DNA of 64,000 nt. Source: Phoronis australis. Taxonomy: Eukaryota; Animalia; Phoronida. A program made the translations under genes and the position numbers. Shown here piece by piece: positions 1-11,700 of this stretch. The stretch's first letter is position 1; each line of letters opens with the position of its first letter. The notes under the pieces were generated by a model, which saw only the letters and a program-made list of their open reading frames with translations, was not told the origin of the DNA and did not search any database. The stretch is from positions 289,479 to 353,478 of the forward strand of contig NMRA01000186.1 of NCBI GenBank assembly GCA_002633005.1. The letters run 5' to 3'.

Positions 1-278
1 TTTTTTTCATAATTCATACCAAGGTGGAGCTGGGTCATGTCCAGGTGCCAGTGATTATGGTGATTTTTTTCCAGGATTATATGAAGAAATTTAAGATTTT
101 ATAGTTAAAGTGTTAGCGTAACATCTCAAGAAGAAAGCTTTACACTTTAATTGTATTTAACCAAGGTGTAGGGGGGCATCACTAGGTGCCATTCAATTTG
201 GCGATCTTGACTATGTTTTCAAGATCCCAGTGAATAGTGTTGAATCTGCATCATGTGTTACATTCAAGTATATTTTAA

Positions 279-748
279 GGTAACTGTGAACCTCCATTAC
301 CAGGTTGTACTCATGTGCAAATATCTTAAATTCCGTTAGCTGTAACCCCTAAGTATATATTTTGTGAAAGGTTAATAAATCTAACAAAATTTATTATTCT
401 TATGTCCTTATCTTTATTTTTTCACGAGATATGTGTTTTAGTAATTTTTTTACTTTGAACATAGATATTGAAAATATTGTTCCCTCGAAAATGCCGTTAT
501 CAACATGTTGACAAAAGACCAATGTGATCGCTGGAACAATATTTTTAAAATCTTTTCAAAGTCAAAGAAATGTTTTTACTAAAAAAAATATCTTGTGAAA
601 GAATGAAGACAAGTAAATAAGAATAATGAATTTTGTTAGGAAATTTATTCCCCTTTCAGAAAATATCTACTTTGTAAGAGTTGGACTAATGGAATTTAAG
701 ATGTGTGCACACCTAAGTACAGTGTGGTAAACAAGGTTCACAGTTACC
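279..748. mobile_element. Foldback MITE, Kolobok-like
   Basis: About 170-bp imperfect inverted arms, GGTAACTGTGAACC...GGTTCACAGTTACC, flanked by TTAA / TTAT. Confidence 0.75.
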
Positions 749-2747
749 TTATTAAGCAAATTATTCTCGTTTAAAAGTTTTTTGGGAGTGTAATTGAACC
801 CTCATTTTCAGATATGCTTGAAATAAAATGTTTCCGAGATGCTCATCTGGCTAAACATGGGCAATTCATTATGGCATAAATAAATGAAAAATGTAGGTTA
901 AGAATTTGTGCACCGTAAGAAGGCGGGGGACAGTTGGGTAACACTGTGACAAATGCTTGTCGGGACGTTCATCATGTTTCTCAAATATCCCACGGAGTGT
1001 GCTTTGTATTAGCAGAGTCTGAAAAGAGACTTGTCAGGTCTTGAATTTGTTGAAATATCCGTTGATGCGATGTTTTTTGTGTCTCCATAGACTGCAGCAT
1101 CAACATGAATGATCTTTTGTTTTTGAAGGTAATTTTAACCTATTTCTGAAGTTGGTGCTAACTCTGACCTTGGGGAAAATTGTTATGACCTTGAGTAAAC
1201 ATTTAATATATTTTCACTGCCCCAAAGTGAATAATTCTTACCACACACAAGTTTTACTATATGTTGTTGATAAATTCAAGCATTGTACATAGTGCTTGTG
1301 GACTTAACCATGTACCATCTTACACTTAAATAGTGTAAGTTTGCGATAAATCCAATATACTGATGAAAAATTGTTCAGCTATACATTTTATGTTCGTGGC
1401 CCTGTGTCAGATGCTTTGATCCCGATTGTAATTTGCCGTCTTCTGTGCAGTGAAAATATTTTCTGTTGCAGGTGAGAGGTTTGCCTGGTGTGGCCGTGTA
1501 CCCAAAGTATCAATGATGTTAGCTATTAGTAATGCGCTGCTTGAAGATGGCAGAGTCAACGTCCTGTGTATTGGATTCATGTTTATTGTATGTCAGTGTA
1601 TCTTAAGACTTAACTTAATATATGTTGCAATGGATCACTTAACTTAGCTTACTATGATTATGTAGAGCCAGTGATGGATTGGGAGACTTTCATCTATAAT
1701 GCGTGCATGCAATTGAAGTTTTTTGTTACGTGTGCGTCTAACTGTAATACGCAGTGAATTCGAATGAGCGATGCCAAATTGTCTTGACCGTATTGGTTAC
1801 ATACTTTGCTACAGTCGTGTGTTTCTGTCGTTCAGGTAGTTGTTTGAAAGAAAGGCTCAGACACCCTGTTAGGGGTTGATTTGGGGGAAGATTTATGGAA
1901 AGTGAACAATTTGTGTGGGCGTGTATGTGTGCTCTGTAATATTTTATAAGCTTCAGTTTTGAGTTTCAAAAATTGTGTGCAATTAACGCTTCCACTAGCG
2001 TGACTATTTTTACCATCAAAACGGCCAATCAGATCTAGTTATTAGCTTGGTAAGTGGACATTGACGCACCTGTGGTCGTTATATAGAGGTCAGTTGAAAT
2101 TTAAAGGTATGTCCCCACCTCACGTTTTCGATGGCTAGCCCTGGAAGCACGTGAAGAAGTGATAAATCCATATTCTGGTGCTGTTAGCCTGAACACTATT
2201 GCTGCTTGATTTTGCGATACTATTGTTCTCGTGGGGTGAGATGAGGTACGCAAGCTATTAACTAGGTAGTGTGGCTGTGCTTATGTTTAGAAATGATTTT
2301 AACTGTACAAATCACAGTTGAATGAAGTTTGAAAATTGTACATTGTCTAAATGTGTTAAATTATTGATGTGTTTCTTACTACCTTTTTGCTGTATTCTGT
2401 ATGCATAAAAGCAGGCGCTTCGAACCTCTTTGACCAAACGGGTGTGCCTACCCAGACATTTACTGCATCTGTGTACAAACAGTTGGAAAAGTCTATTTAT
2501 TTCTGCGAGTAAGTTTTTTGTGATAACTATTGTCTCTGTTTAGTGCAGTTTGGCACTGTAGTTTTTCTGCACACTGTTCAAATTGGTTGAAGTAGAATCC
2601 TTTTAAACATTCAGTGCATAAACTTTTCAGACTCCTTGTAATGATTTGCAGTATCCATGGAGATATGAACAGTGTAGATTCACAGTTGTGTATGCATGTT
2701 TGGGTCACTTGTTAAGTGGAGATTGTAAAATTAGGAATCGTGTGATT

Positions 2748-3172
2748 GGTTGCATGAAACAGTCCCAAATTGGGACTCGACTAAGTTCACTAAGTCTTCT
2801 GCATATTTGTGTTTTTCTGTACTCACGGATGTAATATTTTTTATAATTTCATTTTTATTATGAGCTCCTCTCTGACTAATGTCATTTTCTAATTATTTGA
2901 CTAAAAATTAAGCCCTGAATTCAATGAAAATAAATGAGGGACTTAGTACTTAAGTTAGGGTCGTTGCATGAAAAGATCCTTATTTATTTTCGATAATATT
3001 GAGAATTAAATGTAGAGTTCACTGTCCATTTCTATCAAAGCCTAAAGGTGATTTAGTTATGAAAGTAAAACAGCATAAGAAAAGACTCTGTGTTTTTCAA
3101 AAGTCCACAAAAGGCAGTAGATTTAGAAAATTTAATTGAGTCCCTATTTGGGACTGTTTCATGCAACCGGGC
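2748..3172. mobile_element. MITE, probably PIF/Harbinger-type
   Basis: TIRs GGTTGCATGAAACAGTCCCAAATTGGGACTC / GAGTCCCTATTTGGGACTGTTTCATGCAACC. Confidence 0.7.
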
Positions 3173-5106
3173 ACTAAGGACCTTTCGAAAAAGCTGACTG
3201 TGCTAAGATAAATCCTAAACTTAATCTATTCTATTTTAAGTTAAAACTTACAATTTTCTTAGGATCATTTCAAGAAAGTGCATTTAGTTCATCTTAAGTT
3301 TCTGACTTATAGTGTGTCTGAAGTCTGTTTTACTGGTGTTTTCCACTGACAAGCGGTCAATAACCACCAAGGTACACAAAGATTTTTTATAATTCACGGG
3401 ATAAAACTTTCTGGGTATTTATTCAGATTTGACATTTGGTTTCCATAAAATGACAGTTTTGGAATATTCTGCTGTGGCTTTTATGTTTTGAACTCCTGTA
3501 ACATAGGAGGCAAGGTTCTTCATGTTAAGAGGTAAAGGTAATCCTCTTTCACTGCAGGCAACAAAACCAAGGACAACCTCTTAGAGTTACAGGTTTTGAG
3601 AAGCAGCTTTACACAGGAGATTCTGTCCTGCCTGTTTGCTCATAAAGACTTGTGTTGGATTAAATTTTGTGATAAGTTTAAATGGAACTGGGTTAAACAA
3701 CTTATGATTGAGTTAAAGACAAGAGTGTTGATTTAAAGTTAAAAGTCAAGACCGAAACTTAAGATGATCTTAGCCGAGATCCATGTTTGGAATGAAAATT
3801 AATCTTAAGCTTTGAATTAAAGCAGATCAGGCATGTGGTGAAGTCCAATTCTATAGGAACGATCCCCAGCACCATCCCTGTGCTTGGATATGCCTAGTGT
3901 GTCACTATTTATTTCAATTCAAATAAAAATATGTGAGTTTTAATGTGGGAAATAAGTTTCCCTGTTGAATATAAAACAAATAACATTTAGTCATTGTGTA
4001 GTGTGGTTTACTTTTAGATGTGTTTTAGCCAATGGTCAAAAATGATTGTTTTGAAAACCAATGAGATGCCCTAATGTATTGCCAAAGTTTGTGTTCCTGT
4101 GCGTCTACCTGATGTAGCCTGAAATATCAAATGTCTTGGTTAGAATGTTGTAAATTATGCAGAGGAAGGTTGGTTGCAAACCAGAGCTTAATCGCTTGTG
4201 TTTCATACATTGTGTAACTGGATGATTTCCTATCTTAATGTTGAAAATAATCTTAAAGTAGAACACGTTACCATTGTGTAAGATGCTCAAAAAGTTTTCC
4301 CCATTCTATTTAAATATCTTGCAAATTTTTGTTCACACTGTGGTTCTGTAGTCAGGTACTTCTTAAAGGAGACCCTTGAAGTATCTCCAATTCAGACCAA
4401 TGAACTTGGATAAAATACTGTTTTGCTAAATGATACCAAATTTTCTGCAAATGTTGGTAATATCTTTGATGAGAAATCCTGGTCAAATTTCCACGTTGTT
4501 CGTCACATTGTTCTAAACTGACTCAAGATTGGTAATATGTATTCCGTTAGATGCATGTCAGTAAAGTGCACATTTTGCTTTTGCCGTTGATGCTCGTATT
4601 TAGGTCCATGCGCCTGTTTCGGAAATAATGCGTTTTGTGCAGTTCGAGAACACGTTGGATTTTAGAGCCGAAAACGTATTTTCGGTGCTAAGGTTAGCTG
4701 GGGTTAAGTTCTCCACGTGATTATCTTTTGACCATAATAATTGTTCATATATTCTCTCATCTGTTTTAAAACTTGCCCAGTCAATTGTTTCGCTTGTAGA
4801 TTGATTCGTGCGCCTTAATTACGGCTATTGGCAAAGCTTCACAAATAGGCGCATGGGCTTAAGTGCGGGCACTTGCGGTAATCAATGTTGTAGACTAGTG
4901 TCAGGCTCAATAAATTTTTTGTTACAGAACCATGTCTCTGTACTTCCATGTCTCAAAACCCAGATTGATGACTTCACAATGACTTGCTATAGTGACGTAC
5001 AGTCGCTTATAGTTGACCAACACTTCAGGTTGCAACATCCTATCGATTTCATTAAGAGCACATTATATAAACGTACCAATGATGGGCAGCCAAACTTTTT
5101 CACAAT

Positions 5107-5765
5107 CTACATATTTCTTTTGCTATTATCCACGTTGAGACCGTCGTCGGGCGAGGCCTGCCGCAACAGCTGGCTGTGTATAGGACTGGGCGAATGGCCA
5201 TCTACCCGTGGTCCCTGAGGTTTTGTACCACGCTTCTTGTCTCCACCAAATATCTTGTACTTGTCGCTGCCCAACGAGTCGACATCGTTGTCCTTTTGCT
5301 TGTGAGGCGCCTTTCCTTCAGAGTCGTCGCTGGATTCCATTAGGTCGCTGATGTTGGATGTACGTCGGTCCAGCTGATCGGAACTGCTTTCGCATCTCCC
5401 GGGCGATTCGGCACTGCCCAGGCCGTGGTCGTCATTGCCAGAGTCTGGCATTATAGTCTCATCCCGAATAGCCGTTTTGACACCTTGCGAACCCATCTGG
5501 CCGTGCGAGCCTACTTGCTCTTGCAATCCTTCCTCCTCTTTGCTGCCTGTTAGCTTGTTATTGAAACCTTGCTTTTTAGATTTTGCTTTTGGATCAACCT
5601 CGATGTCCAAATCTTTGCTTAAATGACGGCGCCTCTCCAAGAACAGCCATAAAAAAGCCAGGATGGCGATGACGATGACGCCAGGGATGATGCCGATTAG
5701 CATGTTGGTCCATGTGTCCACTCGTTCAACCTGGCTTCTGAGGAAGTCCAACCAATGATCACGGT
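5107..5765 (-). CDS. Gene A last exon: transmembrane helix + cytoplasmic tail
   Basis: ttctttgcag|ACCGT; MLIGIIPGVIVIAILAFLWLFL followed by the stop-transfer ERRRH; Ser/Asp/Gly-rich tail; TAG ends at 5107. Confidence 0.9.
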
Positions 5766-8700
5766 CTGCAAAGAAAACAAAGATATTCTTCTGGGTGCCA
5801 TTGAATAGTTCATGTTGAGCAAAGGCAATAAGGAAGGCGATAGAACAGAGGTCGGAAGAAGGCTAATGGGGAAACCCGAATTTACTCGAGCACATAATAA
5901 TGGACACATATTGAGTTCGCACGCGAATAGACTGGTAAAATTAAACAGTAATTTCGAGTGCAAAGACTAGACCCCGGGCCCTAATAAGCTAGTGGCTTTC
6001 CATTTTCATCTCATTCGAACAATCAAGTGTAAACATGGAAACCGGAGCACTGCAAAAAGTGGGGGCTATAGCCCCCCTCCCACCCCAGCCCCCCATGGCG
6101 CGCCGCTCATGGTAAAGCTTCTCCTCATTATATGGTCTCCTTTCCTTTACATCCGTGTTTCATCGGATGTCCTTTGGGCACTGTCAAACAGCTAGAGACA
6201 AGAGGACTTTCTGGACTAACAAAGGTGTAATTTTTTAGAAATCGCAATTGTTAGTTTTGACAGTTTACGAGCACTTGAACACAATTTTAAATAGCAGCCG
6301 TTACCGTAACATCCCAGCATGTGCGGTCTCCACGTGTTCTCACTCACGCATTGATAATCTTTCGATATAGACCTATCGAAATGTTCGAACGGTTCTGTGC
6401 ACTCAATGGTGACCACTGTCCACAGGCCGTTGACAACGTTGGGTCTAATGGATGTTGGTTCCATGTCTCGCTCCTGATAGGTGATGGTTTGGTTGTCGGG
6501 TGAAACCGTGATGGTGCAATTTTCCCTTCCTGAGTGTAGTAAGAAGGTTTAAAACAACTGGACAAATATTCCTTTGAATAATTTCTCTGAGCTTTGGCCG
6601 TGAACAGTTTAGTTTATTGGGCTAAGATTCCAGACGTCAGCGAGATTCGGGTGGACATACAAATGTGCCCTCACTCACCTTCCGGACACATGTCCCTGAG
6701 GGCGAGCGCTATCGAAAAAAAAACCCAGTAGGTATAAACGGCGCAATGACAACTTATCACTAGGGCGCACTGCAGTAGTCAGATGCTTCCAAAAATCGGC
6801 ACCAAGGTTGGTTAAAAATAGGCACGTCGCCTGGTGCATCCTGCGGTACACCTGACGTGCTTAGGCCGCTCGGTTGGGCCCACTGCACTTCAGTAAAGTC
6901 TTCAATCTTCCCACTTTTTCTGATGAAATTGGCAACGCTATTGAATCTACTCGTTCTAGCCATTTTTACCAAACAAGTTAGGCCTTTGTGTTCATTGAGC
7001 AGTTTTTGTTGAAGACACGACTGTACTTTTTGTTTGACACCTTAATACAGACTCCCTCGTAGTGTCTGAACAATCTCTTTTCTTCAGGCATGCAGCAAAA
7101 CACCGAGAAACATAACTAACAAATTAGAACACTAGCTATATTTCGAAATTGCGTTTCCCCTCTATCTGCTGTCACCGTCTATTTCACTATTTATTTCGCT
7201 TCGCATATCTTCATCTCACTCATTGCCCGATGATGAAACATGCGGTCTCGAAATATTGCCAGTGTTTTAATTTGTTTGTTTGTTATGTCACTCGGTGTTT
7301 TGCTTCATAGCTGCATGCCTGAAGAAAGGCGATTGTAAAGATACTACGAGTGGGTCTGTATTAAGCTGTAAAACAAAAAGTACAGTCTTGTCTTCAACGA
7401 AGTTTGTGTTAATGTTAACTATACTGAGACCATCAAGCAGAATAAGCAGGGCAAATTTCCAAGAAAATTTTAGGAAGTTTCAGCTTCCAAGTCACACGAC
7501 CCGTGACGTTTCAGTACTAAGATAAGTTGCGCGCAGTGCCTAGTAATTTCTCGGATCACCTGCCGAATAGCCAGCTTGACTAGGCACAGAGGTTATTTGG
7601 AATCCGGTCTTGGCGCAATAGGACTTTAAAAAAAGTTTTGTTTGTCTGCAAGTGCACGTTCTCTACCCACCACTAATTCAAGACCAAAGAGGTTCCTGAG
7701 TGACTGGAAACACGCGATTACGAGCAACAACAATGTCACATGGAGAAACGTTGTACAGGAGGAAACGACGACACTTCCCTTGTACCACACCCCTCCCATC
7801 GCCTCCTTTTGATGCGTCCACATGTAAATATGTAGGTGCATATTGCCGTCTGCGTGGGCGTCCTTGGGTCTGGGCGTCAAGCGTCCGCTGTTGCTAAAGC
7901 CCTTAGAAGGGTAGTCATGAAACCTAGGTCTTTCTATGGTGCTGAGGTACCAAGATAAATTTGGTTGCACTACTCACGTGCACACCTGTCTGCCGGCAAA
8001 ACTAAATCCTTTCCTTCGCATCTGTGCTCGAATGTGTATTTCTCTTGCGAAAGACCGTACCCGTCCAAACAGGTGTAGTTAACAGTTTCGCCGTACAAAA
8101 TATATGTTGGCGTCGGGGGATCAGATATGGCGTGCTCCAATGTCGGCACGTGACATCGTCTATCTAAACATAAAGAATGGAGAAATCGCAGAAGCCAGGC
8201 GTGAGTAGGGTCAGATCTAAATGGATTTCGTTTCTCCTACCGCAACAGTTAGTGCGCTCTCGCACTGCGGTTTATTTGCAATCCGATAAAACTTGTGTTT
8301 TTACTTGTGGAAAACTAAGTCTATACGTCTAGCAGTCTGTCTGTGTGACTGGTTTTGTTGTTTCTCGTGTGATAAGTGCGCCTAGTCAGGAACCGACCAT
8401 CATAAAAGTAATCTGAAGACGACGAGAATCTTCTTGGTGTATCGGGGAAGCAGTTCGACGCTGTTCTGTTTAAGTAACTAAGTACTTTGTTTAATACGAT
8501 CAATGTCCACAACACGTATTTCAGCTGTTTTTTATTCTTTACACGGAAGGGCCTCTGTGTTCCTTTTGCGTGGGGAAAAACTTCGAATGACACACAGGAT
8601 TTTAGAGGCGCATGCGCCCTTAACATACTCACCAGTACACGGAGGCGGTATCGTAGACAAGACGTTTCCATGTTTGTCACATTCCGTAGTCAGGTTCACA

Positions 8701-11700
8701 GCGTCCGCCGTCCAACTGTATCCATGGTCACATCGCCACTCGACGGTGGAACTCAACGGCAACTCCAACGTACTGGTGTCGTTTTCTAGCGGAATCAACT
8801 TGCCGTTCACGAACACCGTGAAGTGAGGCAATTCAGGAAGCCGAACCAAACACGTCGTTGCTACAACGTGATATCACATGCACATTGCTTTCAGGTTATC
8901 TGAAGCGTAAACTTGGCTGAAGGAAGCCGCTAAGGAAAGGATGTTTCTCAGGTCCCCAAATTTTAGTCTGTACAACTTTCAGCTATTTTTGGCATGGAAA
9001 CAAACCTTTGACAATGAATGTGTGCTGACCATTTGATAGACTGAGATGAGACCAATAGGTGTCAGTCTCATACATGTCACCTAATTAACAGGAAATACGT
9101 ATTCAGTGCAACGAACGCCTATTGTTGCCGTTTCTGTAGTGCTACGGCGTAGCGCAAAAAAGCTACGGATTTTCGAATACGCATTTTTCCCGACGTTTAC
9201 AGTTTTCAAACTTTTGCCTTGACATTTACAGGCAATCTTTTTTATGATCGACATATGTCCCGAATGATATATAATAGTTCGTGCGTCACAAGCTCGTTAC
9301 CAGAGATGAAACATAATCTCATGACACGAGTTCCAGTTGTTCGACAGGGCCAAAGGAGTTACCAAGGAGTATAACAACACTCCAGTTAAGACTGAGCCTT
9401 TAATAAGTAGGCCTAGCCTAGGTACATGCATTGCATTTTGGCACTTGGCCATATTTTGACTAGTTTTCATCAGTGCTATCGTGTGCTATATGTTTTTTTA
9501 CAAAAAAGACTGGTTAGAACAAAAATGGTTGACATGTATGCAGTCTTGCCAACAATCTAAAAGGACGAGTAGTATTTATCGACCTGATGGTAAATCAAGG
9601 GTACATTCTTCGGTGTCCGACGAAAACAATAAACTGACCACCCCATTATGTTCAGCACATCTGTCTACGAAATCGTCGTCTTCATTGATTGAGCTGCAGA
9701 TTAAATACTCGTATCACTGCAAAAACAATTGATAACCTCTTTTTTCTTAGTTATTCAACCTAGTGGATACGGTGTTGGCGGTTGAACTCACGAAACAATT
9801 GCTCCACTGTAATCAAACGTGATGTTCCAGGCGCGGATCCCGACCGAGGCCGCTACTTTAGGGGTCTGACCGGACCGGGCCGCGCCCAAATTCTCGACCA
9901 CGTAAAGGAAAAACAATGTTTTCCCATTATTACATTCTGGTCATGACTCGGGTCAATGGCATATTCTTTGGTATTAGTGGTCATACAATACCTATGCATG
10001 CTGGAGGCGTCTTCAGGTGCTTCCATGCAGTCTGACATTTAAATACGAGGGTCTTGGAGTTCGTGTGCGTCCAGTAGGCGTTGGGGTCGCACGTAACGCT
10101 GACACTGGAGTTGAGAATCATCCAGTTGGGGCCGTCCGGTTCGAGGTGATGACCGTAGTTGTCGACCGCCACAAAATGCGGATACTTTTGCATCATAAAG
10201 CCGCACACCTCTATAAACCAATGAATGACGACATGTGACCTGCTTACGACTTTTAGCCAGGATGTTACGCCAAGACTTTTCAAACACCGGGATACTTTCG
10301 ACCAGTGTCTCAACAAACGCAGCCCAAAAGGGGACTGTAACAGTACATATCTAGAAGCCGAGGCGTCCTCCATTGTAGACGCATGTCCAGATAGTAGTTC
10401 TAAATCTTATACACTTAAATGTAATGACTATTTAGTTAAAAATGGCGCGTGAGCATGTTATGGTGGAGTAGGCCAACAAAGACCAATCTCCACATTACCA
10501 GTACTACTTTTTTAAATTTTTCACTTACCCTTGCACATGGGTGGTATCTCCAACTCGCCAAGCGTGGAGCACTGTGCGGAAAAAGTGTTCTTGACACTCC
10601 TTCGAACAATAAATGTGGTATCCTCCGTATCCATACACTTGAAGTTCCACTCTCTGTCCACAGGAACTATTAGTCTGCTGTCGTCCATAACGCCCTGCCC
10701 ATCCGCCAGATCGGTGACATTGTAGTTTAGCGAGGGTGGAATACGAACAATGCAATTTCCTGGAAGTAACTAATTCCACCGGTTACCTGCCAGCCCCAGG
10801 TAAAACCTTTAATGTTACCACCGATGTATCTAGTATGTCGCAAGACGGACAATCTCAATTTCCCAAGAACAAATTTTGGGCACACTCCCAAAGCGACATT
10901 ATACTCCGTTTTGTACTTTTCGCTCGTGTCCTGAGGAGGGACCAGACCCTTTCACTACCCCTTATTTGTCAATCAAAGACCTGATGTCATTTTAGCTGAG
11001 ATTTTGCAAAATGGTTTACGCAGTTCAATTCTACACGTAGTTCTAGCGAGAGTTCATTTATGATGCAAAGCAGAAAGGTGCACTTTGCATCTGCTCAGCT
11101 GTCTATGTTAAACTTTTAATTGAATTGCTGTGTAATTTAAGACCACTATCACGTTGATTCGATCTTGCAATGTTGCCGAATGCCATAGGCAATGCGTAAA
11201 AGTTCCATTTTCGAATTTCAAGTTTTAAGGTTGCCAACCTCAATAAATTTCTAAACGTGTTCTTTACAGAGTCGTTGCTGGTTTCGATAATCATGCTGGT
11301 AACGGAAACAGAATCCGACAACATTAAGGAATATTGAGAGGCCAATTTTATGAGACTAGAAGGCCAAATTCCATTTTTGGTTTGTTAATCAGCCCAACAG
11401 GATGAAATGCAGCTTGAAAAATATCGGCTGAAAAACAAAGTATTTCCGAGGTAGTAAAATGGAGGTTTCCGAAAACTGGGTATCGTGGTGGGATCCTGCC
11501 AGACAAACGGCAAGCTAACGAAGATCCATAATCATTACAAGAAAACACCCCCAGTAGCAATAACGTNTGTGCTTCTGATCTCAACAAGTAAAATTCATTC
11601 TAAGTGTCAATTTATTTCCAATGGAAGGTTACAACATTTACTGAATTAAGGATTATCCATGTTAATTCGATAACTGAGCTGGTAGTCCTGGGGGTGGGGT

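Noticed and set aside
1-4800. Exons of a neighbouring plus-strand gene (for example AG..GT at about 1091-1128)
   Set aside because: Only isolated splice-like motifs in AT-rich, MITE-laden DNA, with no coherent reading frame
5245-5265. DKYKIF as an ITIM or ITAM
   Set aside because: Position -2 is Asp and +3 is Phe, and there is no paired YxxL; only the YxxPhi pattern fits
8321-10984. Overlapping alternative-frame and antisense ORFs on the sushi exons
   Set aside because: They are shadows of GC-richer exons; only one frame keeps the Cys pattern and splice phase in both paralogs
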